From contig JALSGT010000097.1 in assembly GCA_026982555.1 (NCBI GenBank), positions 1 to 59,400 on the forward strand: a stretch of DNA of 59,400 bases. Reading direction: 5' to 3'. The notes under the pieces were generated by a model that saw nothing but the letters and a program-made list of their open reading frames with translations, searched no databases and was not told where the DNA came from. This DNA comes from Chromatiales bacterium. GTDB lineage: Bacteria > Pseudomonadota > Gammaproteobacteria > SZUA-152. Shown here one piece after another: positions 37,052 through 45,936 of the stretch. Both the position numbers and the translations under genes were made by a program. Every line of letters starts with the position of its first letter. The first letter of the stretch is position 1.

Positions 37052-39916
37052 ATGAAGATGAACACAGGCACGCACACGCTCTTAGCAATAGAGTCAGGAG
37101 AACGGATAATGATGACACGATTGAGAGCGTTTGGATTGAGTTTATTGTTGATGACGGCTCCTGCGCTCGGATTTGCCAGTGTTTTGAGTGATCTTGCTGT
37201 GAAAGTCCGGCCGGGTACTTTTGTTGAGCTTAAAATTAATGGCGATATATCAACATGTCAGGCGATGGTGCCATCTTTGCCTGAGAGGCATCCCGATGCA
37301 TGCAAGAAAGACGAATCGTTTAGCAATCCCGAACATTGTCTTGTGCCACAGACTCCGTGGAAAGATCTTGGGAATATTCTCGAATTTACCGATGAGGCTT
37401 CGTGGGATCCAGTAGATCGCGAGATTTACATCATGGGTACGCGGAGGCCGTATAAGCGATGGGATCAAGGGTTTGCCAAATATTCTGAAGAGACAAACAG
37501 CTGGACGATCCTGGATCTTCCGCCGTTTGGTGTCGGAGCCCATGGTTATGATAATGGTGCTATCGATGTTGTTGGCAGAAGATACTATTGGTCACGGATA
37601 TCAGCTGCTTACATTGTGTGGTCAATGAACCTGGATACGGGGGAATGGCAAAGACTGCCTGATGCCCCCATCGATACGGGTGAATTTAGCGCCATCGATT
37701 TCTTTCCGGAACTTAACAAACTGGTTTTTTTCGATGGACATTTTGGAGCCAGACCTGGTTCATACGGGTCTGAATATGCGCTGTATGATCCAGATACGAA
37801 CACATGGGAGGCATCCACTGCTTTGGATGGTCCCACTGCCGTGACCCAGGCACCTTTCGGTGCGATTTCTCACTTTAGTGAATACAATCCAAGTCACGGC
37901 GTGATGTTTTTCGGTGGAGGATATCACTATACCAACGGCGGTCAACTTCAAGAGCCAACACCGGAAATCGATGAGTCACGACGACTTTACATGCTCGATA
38001 AGGACAGGGTAGTGACCCGGTTAGCGGATGCCCCAACCAAACTTGGGCAGCATGGTGAGGGTCCACTGCAAACCATTGACCCCAACAGTGGTAATCTCGT
38101 CGTATTTCAGGGGCGACTGAACGACGGTTCTTGTCCCAGTGGCCCGTTGCCGATCTGGGAGTACGATCTCGATCAAGGAGTATGGAATAAAACGGGTGAG
38201 CATAATATTTCGAATTTGTACTGCGGCATGGATTCAGTTGTAGTGCCACTTTACGAATATGGGGTTAACTTCATTGTTTCTGTCCGGAATAACTCAAATT
38301 GCAATGTGTATTTATATCGACATTCAGCCATGGAGCCAGCGCCTCCCGGTATCATCACTCAGCCTGCTTCGCAAAGCATTGAAGAGGGCTCAGCAGTCAC
38401 ATTCAGTGTGGCCGCCAATGGCAGCGGTCCTCTGGAGTATCAGTGGTACCGTAAGGGTAAGGATGAATCAGATGGTAAGTTAATTGCTGGAGCGAACAGC
38501 GCCAGTTTTACAATAGAGCCAGTAACGGTAGTTGATCATGAAGCAAGATATCGCAGCACGGTCACTAACCGTCTGGGGAATGCGGTGAGTGATTACGCGA
38601 CATTACGTGTTGTCCGGGATGAGGCTGCACCAACACTGGCTTCAGCAATGGCGCTTAGCGACACCCGCGTCAATATTCTGTTCAGTGAAACTGTCAATGC
38701 TGACAGCGCTGAAAACAATGCCAATTATGAAATTGACTCTGGTATTGCCGTGACATCTGCCACCTTGAGTGGGGATGGCCGTACTGTCAGTCTGGTAGTC
38801 AGTCAGCTCACGGAGGATATGGTCTATACGGTGCAGGTCAGCAATGTACAAGATTTGGCAGAAACTCCCAACACTATTATCGCTCAGAGCAGTCAGACTT
38901 TTACCTATCGCACGGCAGATGGTTTCGAAGATGGTACTGCCGATGGTTGGACCCCTTCCGATGCAAGCCGTTGGACGGTGGAGATGGACGAAGGCGATAT
39001 GGCGTATTACCTCGCGACGAGTGCCGGCAGCCCCGGTGGTGGCCGGTTGGGTGAATATTCCTTGCTTCCTGGGAGGTATGGCGATTTTACCATCATGCTG
39101 CAAGCCAGGCTGAGTGACGATGTGGCTGCCAATGCGACGGCTGATTACGCTGTGGTGTTCGGGTTCCAGGGTTCTGACAGTAGCCATCCCCAGGATTCTG
39201 ACAGTTACTACTACATGTTATTTAACAATAACCCGGATTATAATCAACTGTTCAAAGTTGTTGATGGCAATCGTACGTTGTTAGCGACGGCTGACAGTGG
39301 CGACTGGTTGAATGATAACGCGTACCACAGTATTAAAATTAATCGTACGGGAAGTACCATCAGCGTATATTTTGACGGCACCCTTATTTTGAGAACCGAC
39401 GACAGCAGCCTGGGTGCAGGCCGGGTCGGTGTCGGCAGCTATAACGATTCTGCGTATTTTGATGACGTAAGTGTAACGGGCGCAATATCCGGTGGTAGCT
39501 CCAGTGGTGGCGGTTCAACCGGCGGAGGCTCGACTGGTGGAGGCTCGACAGGAGGAGGCTCAACAGGAGGAGGCTCAACAGGAGGAGGCTCAACAGGAGG
39601 AGGCTCAACAGGAGGAGGCTCAACAGGAGGAGGCTCAACAGGAGGAGGTTCAACAGGAGGAGGTTCAACAGGAGGAGGTTCAACAGGAGGAGGTTCAACA
39701 GGAGGAGGTTCAACAGGAGGAGGTTCAACAGGAGGAGGCTCAACAGGGGGAGGTTCAACAGGAGGAGGTTCAACAGGAGGTGACGAACCCGGTGCGGGTG
39801 GTGGTGGCGCACTTAGCTTCTTTACGAGCCTTGCATTGCTTCTGATGAGTGCCTGGACTTTGCGCCGAAGAGTACATCTGTGTTGTCAGCAGAGTTCGGA
39901 TGCTGATGTTGTTTAG
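37052..39916 (+). CDS. Secreted Kelch-like beta-propeller protein with Ig and Ig-like domains, a lectin-like beta-sandwich, (GGGST)18 stalk and GlyGly-CTERM-like anchor
   Basis: Signal peptide (likely start MMTRL at about 37109); Y.....N.W, W.RLPDAP, YDPDTNTW and FFGGG Kelch-like blades; same C-terminal architecture as 34048-36852; GGGGAL-hydrophobic-RRR. Confidence 0.78.
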   Translation: MKMNTGTHTLLAIESGERIMMTRLRAFGLSLLLMTAPALGFASVLSDLAVKVRPGTFVELKINGDISTCQAMVPSLPERHPDACKKDESFSNPEHCLVPQTPWKDLGNILEFTDEASWDPVDREIYIMGTRRPYKRWDQGFAKYSEETNSWTILDLPPFGVGAHGYDNGAIDVVGRRYYWSRISAAYIVWSMNLDTGEWQRLPDAPIDTGEFSAIDFFPELNKLVFFDGHFGARPGSYGSEYALYDPDTNTWEASTALDGPTAVTQAPFGAISHFSEYNPSHGVMFFGGGYHYTNGGQLQEPTPEIDESRRLYMLDKDRVVTRLADAPTKLGQHGEGPLQTIDPNSGNLVVFQGRLNDGSCPSGPLPIWEYDLDQGVWNKTGEHNISNLYCGMDSVVVPLYEYGVNFIVSVRNNSNCNVYLYRHSAMEPAPPGIITQPASQSIEEGSAVTFSVAANGSGPLEYQWYRKGKDESDGKLIAGANSASFTIEPVTVVDHEARYRSTVTNRLGNAVSDYATLRVVRDEAAPTLASAMALSDTRVNILFSETVNADSAENNANYEIDSGIAVTSATLSGDGRTVSLVVSQLTEDMVYTVQVSNVQDLAETPNTIIAQSSQTFTYRTADGFEDGTADGWTPSDASRWTVEMDEGDMAYYLATSAGSPGGGRLGEYSLLPGRYGDFTIMLQARLSDDVAANATADYAVVFGFQGSDSSHPQDSDSYYYMLFNNNPDYNQLFKVVDGNRTLLATADSGDWLNDNAYHSIKINRTGSTISVYFDGTLILRTDDSSLGAGRVGVGSYNDSAYFDDVSVTGAISGGSSSGGGSTGGGSTGGGSTGGGSTGGGSTGGGSTGGGSTGGGSTGGGSTGGGSTGGGSTGGGSTGGGSTGGGSTGGGSTGGGSTGGGSTGGGSTGGDEPGAGGGGALSFFTSLALLLMSAWTLRRRVHLCCQQSSDADVV
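38918..39781 (+). repeat. Copy 2 of the near-identical cassette plus (GGGST)18 repeat
   Basis: Matches 35971 onward; GGGST array at 39506-39775 = 18 x 15 nt. Confidence 0.95.
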
Positions 39917-40265
39917 TCAATTTTTAGTTGTTACAACGGTGAGGATCTCTACATCTTCAGCCCCCTTGCGTTAGGTTTTATGGGGCTGTGGTTTGTGGAC
40001 TGATTTTTGGGTGTCTTACGCAGGTTTCGTGTTAATGATGAATATTCGGGACTTGTGCTAACGGGCTATGTCGTTTTTTTAACCACGAGTTGTTCTCGTT
40101 CATTCGTTATCTTTGATTTATTCCCGATTTTTTGCCGACACAGTCAATACTTCCGTTGTTATCCCTGCCGTGACATTGTCACTACCCGAGCAGTGGCTGA
40201 AAAATTGCCCCTCTGCTTTTTACCCTTTTTGTAGGTGTATTCAGTGAAAACAGGGGGTGTTGGTT

Positions 40266-40283
40266 TGTAGGGGTTTTCTGAAA
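40266..40283. promoter_or_regulatory. Degenerate GacA/UvrY-box-like upstream activating sequence
   Basis: TGTAGG-GGTTTT-CTGAAA versus TGTAAG-N6-CTTACA; about 170-190 nt upstream of the putative sRNA start. Confidence 0.3.
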
Positions 40284-40454
40284 GGTTCGTAGTCCCTTCG
40301 CGGTGGTTGTGCTTGTGTGTGACGGTTGATCATTTGATAACCCTTTGTTTTTGCAAGGTAAGTGAAAATCCTGCTATCTTTATCCTATAAAGTGGTATTG
40401 AAAGTGCTACTTATAAAGACTTGTGATGAAGTGATGATTTGGTATTATAGATCT

Positions 40455-40600
40455 CGATTCCGCAGATTGCTCTCCGGAGCAAGTACAGGGAAAGTGGCAA
40501 GGATCGGAATGGAATACTGTCGAAGGATCGACGTGGTCAAGGATTGACCAGTACGGAGGTAAACGGGGGCGGTTACTGGGATGTGCCGCCTTCGCTCGTT
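40455..40600 (+). ncRNA. CsrB/RsmY/RsmZ-like CsrA-sequestering sRNA candidate
   Basis: About 9 GGA motifs in about 110 nt, several in hairpin loops (GTCGA-AGGA-TCGAC; TGGTCA-AGGAT-TGACCA); sigma70-like promoter TTGTGA-N16-TATTAT with TG extension (40421-40448); terminal GC stem GGCGG...CCGCC. Confidence 0.7.
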
Positions 40601-40638
40601 CCGCCTCGGATATCTTCCCTCAGTCGGAATACTCCCTA

Positions 40639-43620
40639 TCAGTTTTCAGCTAAATCCTGCCAGGTTTCCCGGCGACAGATACCCGACATCTGACAATATC
40701 CGCAAGTAATTTCATCACCCCAGGCTGGTATAGGGGTCCCCGTGGTCATTTGATTTACCAGCAAGTCCAGTCGCGTGGCCGTGTTTTGCATCAGTGTGTC
40801 CAGTGTCTCGGTTTCCAGCGTTCCTGCCGTTTTTACCATTGAGGAAGCTCCTTTTTTGGTGGCCGTATCCAGCGAAAGGTATTCGACTTGAGTAATGGTT
40901 TCGCGACCAATGTGTTCTGCCAGTAGGGCATAAAAGGGTAGTTGCACGGACTCGCCATTGAGTACATCAGCATTTTTGGGAATACTGCCGGTTTTGTAGT
41001 CAATAATGCCAGCAATGGGGACACCGGAATCATTATCGGTGCCCGCATCGATCCGGTCGAGACGACCACGAAGTGTTATCTGTCCATGTTTACGAGTGAC
41101 CTTCAGTTCTGTGGATTTCACCCGCCACTGTCGCTGTCGTTCACGTTGCCACTCAATGTAAGCAGGGATCGCTTCCTGCCAGCGCCTAAGCCAGCCACGG
41201 TGTAAAAAGTTGTCTTCAAGGTCACGGGCAAAAACGGCTGCGGCAATTTCGTTGAGGCATTTAATGGCGGCGGGTTTATTGTCACTTGTGATTGTTGCGT
41301 TAAATGGTCCGGGCAGGCCGCGTACGTTTTCGTGAAATGCGTGCAGGCTGAGGTGTACCCGTTCGCCATAGTCTGCTTTGGCGAGCATTTCACGAATGCT
41401 GTCGGGGGCTTCCAGTTGCAGGCAGCGCGCTGCAAAAAACTGATACGGGCAGTTGATGAGCTGTTGATAGCCACTGGCCGACAAATGTGTGGGAAAAAGT
41501 TCGCTGGAAATCCGAACGGTGGGATTAGCGGGCAATGGCTGCGGCATAGGTTCAGCAGGGTGTGTGACCTGCATGTCCGCCTGATTGACACGTTCTGTCA
41601 GCGAGGTGTTGATGAGCCGGTCGGAATAGGCAATCTGATGAAAGGATTGCAACCGTTCCAGCCAGGGGGAGGGAATAATCTCTTCACCGTCCTGTTCACT
41701 GCGACGGGTGAGCAAAATGGTGTCAGCAGATTCCAGCAGGCAGCGAAAGTGGTAGAATTTTTCCGAGAATTGTTGTGTGTGGCTGGTTAACCCAAGGGAT
41801 TGACGCACGCCATCATTAAAAAATGGTGAGCCTGGATTGCTGCCTGGCAGGTAGTCGGCTTCGGCCCCGGCGATAATCAGTGCATCAAATCGAGCCAAAC
41901 TGCTTTGTGCAAGATTGGTTAGTTGTACTTGCCCGGATTGCGCAGGGGGTTGGAAGTTGTAGCATTCCAGGGTGCGTCCCAGCCAGGCGCGAAATTCGTC
42001 CCAGCACATGTGCAGCTCACTGTTATTGCTTGCTGTTTGCATGGCGTGCAGTTCTTCGAGGATGCGTTCTCCAGCGGCATCGGCGGCCAGAGATGTATTG
42101 AGCCCCAATTGTGTAAAACTGTCATTGAGCGCTTGCAAAAATGTTGTTGGTGCATATTTTTTGTTATCGGCTTCGTTGCCGATTAACGCACGTAAGGGTG
42201 CGGCGGCAGATTCGATCACATCCAGCAATAAGTGGATGTCATCATAATCGGCGGCCAGTTCGGCAGGCAGGCGATTCTGCCGATACTGCAAATGTTCCCG
42301 ATAGCGGGCCATATTGCGCGCGACATTTTCTTTGAGCACCACGCCTTGTTCAAAACGATAAACACAGGATAACAGCGCTTCGCGTTCGTGCCCGGGCAAT
42401 AAAAAAGGTGATTTGAGAAAATCCAGCAATGGCTGGTGAGCAAAATCCTCTTCCACGGTTTCCAGCCAGCGTTCTACGGTGGCTGCGGCACTGGTGGTGG
42501 ATAGTGCCCAGCCGGCAGCGTCCTGCAATTCAATGCCCGAACGTTCCAGCAGAGCGCGTACCCGCCGTGCCAGCCGTCGGTTTTCTGTGACGATGCCGAT
42601 GTTGCGTTTGCCTGCGTTCCACCAGAGCCGCACTTGTATATCAATAGCCTGCGCTTCTTTTTCCGCGTTGTTGGCGTTGAATATGGACAGGTGTGCCGAT
42701 AGGGGGCTTTCCGGGATATCCCGGGCCAGGTTGTGGGCGCGGGCACGCAATGGAGACTCACTGTTGCTGAATACGCTGTCCAGGCAGCGTGTGTATTTGC
42801 TGTTTGTCTGCGGGAAAGGTGTGTCTGCTGGTTTAGGTGGTAAATTGATAGCCTGCAATAACTGTTGTGCAACAGCATCCGGGTGATAATCAACACCGGT
42901 TTGCTCTCCTGAGCTTTGTAACAATAAAAAGGCACGCTCTTGTTGCAGTAACGGCGTAAGCCACTGTGCCTCAGCGGGGGAAAGCCGAGGCAGGCCGGCG
43001 ATGTAAAAAACGAGATTGTCAGGCAGGGATTCACGATGGCTGGCAAGCTTCAATGTGTAATCTGTATGCCGGTCAATAACGCCATTTTGTTGCATTTCCT
43101 GCTGCCAGGCCTGCCACAGGGTATGTACCAGCCGGGCTTCGCCAAACAGGCTGTCGTGGTTTTTGTTGTTCAGGCCATAAGCTGTGCCCAGCGTGTCGAG
43201 GAACGGCTCCAGTGACTCAGGCAGGCCAGGGTGGGTGGAGCCTAAATCATCAAACAGAGTCAGCAGGCTGTCGGCCAGTGTCCAGGGGTTTCCTTCGCCG
43301 TAAAGATATTTGTGGCCAGCCAGTGCCTCTACCAGCATCAGCTCGCGCTGGTGTTCAGAAAGTACCGGTCGTTTGCTGGGTGACTGCTGACGGATCCAGT
43401 GTGGCAGTGTATCGATATTCGGTCCTAATAATGCCGAATGATGGTGGCTGGCAGCAACGTCGAGTAAAAGCTGCCGAAAACGGGTGGATGCCTGAGGATT
43501 CGGCAGCAGAACCACAATCTCAGTGAGATCGGGTAACGCGGTATGATGTTTTTCAATAATATGTTCTGCAAGCCTGCGCAGTGGATCGTCACCATAGGTG
43601 ATGATAGACAGGTAGGACAC
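40639..43620 (-). CDS. addB: AddB-like double-strand-break repair protein (inactive helicase-like body plus PD-(D/E)XK nuclease with Fe-S cysteines)
   Basis: LARRVRALL....I...D..GW.LS, PSPWL, CPYQFFA, LRGRLDRID, IIDYKTG, QLPFYA and C..C.....CR motifs. Confidence 0.85.
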   Translation of the reverse strand: MSYLSIITYGDDPLRRLAEHIIEKHHTALPDLTEIVVLLPNPQASTRFRQLLLDVAASHHHSALLGPNIDTLPHWIRQQSPSKRPVLSEHQRELMLVEALAGHKYLYGEGNPWTLADSLLTLFDDLGSTHPGLPESLEPFLDTLGTAYGLNNKNHDSLFGEARLVHTLWQAWQQEMQQNGVIDRHTDYTLKLASHRESLPDNLVFYIAGLPRLSPAEAQWLTPLLQQERAFLLLQSSGEQTGVDYHPDAVAQQLLQAINLPPKPADTPFPQTNSKYTRCLDSVFSNSESPLRARAHNLARDIPESPLSAHLSIFNANNAEKEAQAIDIQVRLWWNAGKRNIGIVTENRRLARRVRALLERSGIELQDAAGWALSTTSAAATVERWLETVEEDFAHQPLLDFLKSPFLLPGHEREALLSCVYRFEQGVVLKENVARNMARYREHLQYRQNRLPAELAADYDDIHLLLDVIESAAAPLRALIGNEADNKKYAPTTFLQALNDSFTQLGLNTSLAADAAGERILEELHAMQTASNNSELHMCWDEFRAWLGRTLECYNFQPPAQSGQVQLTNLAQSSLARFDALIIAGAEADYLPGSNPGSPFFNDGVRQSLGLTSHTQQFSEKFYHFRCLLESADTILLTRRSEQDGEEIIPSPWLERLQSFHQIAYSDRLINTSLTERVNQADMQVTHPAEPMPQPLPANPTVRISSELFPTHLSASGYQQLINCPYQFFAARCLQLEAPDSIREMLAKADYGERVHLSLHAFHENVRGLPGPFNATITSDNKPAAIKCLNEIAAAVFARDLEDNFLHRGWLRRWQEAIPAYIEWQRERQRQWRVKSTELKVTRKHGQITLRGRLDRIDAGTDNDSGVPIAGIIDYKTGSIPKNADVLNGESVQLPFYALLAEHIGRETITQVEYLSLDTATKKGASSMVKTAGTLETETLDTLMQNTATRLDLLVNQMTTGTPIPAWGDEITCGYCQMSGICRRETWQDLAEN

Positions 43621-43623
43621 TCC

Positions 43624-43947
43624 TTAACGTTCCAGGTGTTCCAGTTTATTGGGCACGTCTTCCCACTCTTTGGCATCGGCGGGGGCCGGTTTCATTTCGC
43701 TGATTACTGGCCACAGTAAACTCAATTCAGCGTTCAGGGCAATGAACGGTTCCTGATCCTCCGGCAGATCGTCTTCGGAATAAATCGCATTAATGGGGCA
43801 CTCGGGTTCGCAGAGAGTGCAGTCAATGCACTCGTCCGGATTAATAACCAAAAAATTGGGCCCTTCATGGAAACAGTCCACCGGACATGCCTCCACGCAA
43901 TCGGTGTATTTACATTTGATGCAGTTTTCGGTGACGACGTAAGTCAT
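43624..43947 (-). CDS. fdxA: 7Fe ferredoxin (Azotobacter FdI type)
   Basis: [26 protein letters not shown] and [13 protein letters not shown]; GGAGG RBS before the ATG at 43947. Confidence 0.95.
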   Translation of the reverse strand: MTYVVTENCIKCKYTDCVEACPVDCFHEGPNFLVINPDECIDCTLCEPECPINAIYSEDDLPEDQEPFIALNAELSLLWPVISEMKPAPADAKEWEDVPNKLEHLER

Positions 43948-44352
43948 TGGTTCCTCCCAGCCAATTTTCCGCCGCAAGTCTACCAAGTAAAGGGGCGTTC
44001 AGCCATGCAGCGTCAAAAATAATGCGAGGTTTTTTTAAGGGTGACAATCTTCCCGGCGGGTAACAAAAAAGAGTACCTTTTAACGTTTTCAGATGGGTAA
44101 CGGGCCGTAAACTACTTTGGGATGGCCAGTCGGCGCCCGTTAATGGCATCAGGTGTCATTATTTTGCGGAGTAGCGTTGCCGGGTATCTGCGGGCACTGA
44201 TATTAAAGTGATGTGTGCATTATAATCACTGGTCAGGGAGGGGTATTTGAATTGCTGTGAAGAGTATGGGGTTAACCCGTTTTCGAGCAGGTGTTCTGAA
44301 GTATCAATGCGGTATTTTGTAAAATAAGGGAATCCAAAATGAACAACACAGT

Positions 44353-45255
44353 GTGATCAAAATGACAGCGTTATTTTTCCGGGTAGTCTTATTGCTTTCT
44401 GTCAGCCCTCTGGCTTATGCAGCGCCGCCTGTTTTGTTGCCTGACTCATTGCAAATGACCCGGCCTGCGATAGCATACCAACCTAGAGAGTATGTCCCGA
44501 CGGACGAGGCTTCAATTCTTTCTGACGAACAGATAATAGCAGATCTGCAACTACTGGCAGGTGTGGGTTTCAGAAGCCTGGTAACGTATAGCGCAACCGA
44601 TGCGATGGGAAAAATTCCGGGTATTGCACGTAAAGAAGGCTTCGATGAAACCATCATAATGGGGATCTGGGATCCGTTTTCCAATGAAGAATGGCGCAAT
44701 GCCGTACAAAACTCGCCTTTTGTTGATGGTTATTGTATTGGAAACGAAGGGCTGGGTATTCGCTACACTCCAGAAGAGCTGGCGGTGAAAATGGAGGAGT
44801 TAAGACGATTAACCGGAAAGCCGGTGACGACGTCTGAACCAATAGATGCTTACATCAGTGGTCCTCACAAAGCATGGTTATTAAAGCATTCAGACTGGCT
44901 GTTCCCCATAGCCCACCCTTATTGGGCAAACTATACAGACCCGGCGAAGGGGGTTGCCTGGGTGGCCGCGTATCATGATCTTCTCGTGGTATTGGCAAAC
45001 AGACAGGTCATGCTGAAAGAAGTAGGGCACCCAACAGTTTCTCCTGTCGGGTTTAACGAAAACCGTCAAGCCGAGTTTTTTCAGTTGCTGGACTCACACA
45101 GAATGTCTTTTTTCTTTTTTGAAGCGTTTGATCAGCCGTGGAAGGGAAATACAATTGAAGAACGTAGTGTAGAAGGTTACTGGGGGATATTTCGCGCCGA
45201 CGGGACACCGAAAAAAGTGGTTCCATGGATAACAAAAAGATGGAATAAATTGTGA
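44353..45255 (+). CDS. Exported glycoside hydrolase family 17-like protein (beta-1,3-glucanase/transglycosylase)
   Basis: Signal peptide; IGNE acid/base motif, PVTTSE, HPYW, LKEVGHPT nucleophile region, FEAFDQPWK and EGYWGIF. Confidence 0.85.
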   Translation: MIKMTALFFRVVLLLSVSPLAYAAPPVLLPDSLQMTRPAIAYQPREYVPTDEASILSDEQIIADLQLLAGVGFRSLVTYSATDAMGKIPGIARKEGFDETIIMGIWDPFSNEEWRNAVQNSPFVDGYCIGNEGLGIRYTPEELAVKMEELRRLTGKPVTTSEPIDAYISGPHKAWLLKHSDWLFPIAHPYWANYTDPAKGVAWVAAYHDLLVVLANRQVMLKEVGHPTVSPVGFNENRQAEFFQLLDSHRMSFFFFEAFDQPWKGNTIEERSVEGYWGIFRADGTPKKVVPWITKRWNKL

Positions 45256-45935
45256 GTAATTATCTATTCATAATATTGTTTTTTCTGGTCAGTGCTTTTT
45301 CGGGCCAGTCAGCTTTTGGTTCTGGTGGAATGGCGACGGGTGTTGGCACCTTTACGACCGGGGTGGGTGACAGTGGCACTAAAAGATACCGTGTTGTGCT
45401 TGATGAAACTGGCCAACGACTTCATGGAAACGTCAATGGTGAAATAATCGAACGGATCACAATTGACGCGCCTGATACCGATATTCGGGAAATATTAATC
45501 AGGGAAACCAAAGACAGTGATGGTGGCGTTTCCTTGTTAATTACTGCCGAGGATGAGTTTCTGGAGAAATTCAATCAGGCGACATTGTATGTAAAATCCA
45601 CTTATTCAACACTGAAACTCATTGAGCGCGTTGATGGGTACTGGGAGCAACGGAACCCGGTATTCATTTCATTGACACAGAATAATCCCGACCAGGAATT
45701 ACAAGATCATATTGCAGCCTTTCAACTGACATCTTTAGGTGAAAAAAAGCTGGTAGAGGATGGGTCACCCTTTATCAAGGGTACAAATGATTATTCAGGT
45801 ATATTGGCGGGAAATACCTCAGACAGAAATATGACCAGTGCATTATGGCCCTGGGTAATGTCTGGTGTGTTGCTGATTATGGCATGGTTTATTTCCCGTT
45901 GGATGCATGCCCTGGGCTGGCGAGGCGGGCGTTGA
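45252..45935 (+). CDS. Hypothetical exported protein with a C-terminal transmembrane helix
   Basis: GTGA overlap with the GH17 stop; N-terminal signal peptide; C-terminal ALWPWVMSGVLLIMAWFI plus basic tail. Confidence 0.7.
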   Translation: MSNYLFIILFFLVSAFSGQSAFGSGGMATGVGTFTTGVGDSGTKRYRVVLDETGQRLHGNVNGEIIERITIDAPDTDIREILIRETKDSDGGVSLLITAEDEFLEKFNQATLYVKSTYSTLKLIERVDGYWEQRNPVFISLTQNNPDQELQDHIAAFQLTSLGEKKLVEDGSPFIKGTNDYSGILAGNTSDRNMTSALWPWVMSGVLLIMAWFISRWMHALGWRGGR

Positions 45936-45936
45936 C

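Noticed and set aside
35971-39543. Diversity-generating retroelement TR/VR pair
   Set aside because: Both copies are coding parts of full genes, differences are not confined to adenines, and no reverse transcriptase is in the window.
28660-39845. CRISPR array, or separate EEAQQ / LLLLN / VEPPP repeat proteins
   Set aside because: The 15-bp units are contiguous without unique spacers and no cas genes are present; the alternative ORFs are other frames of the GGGST linkers.
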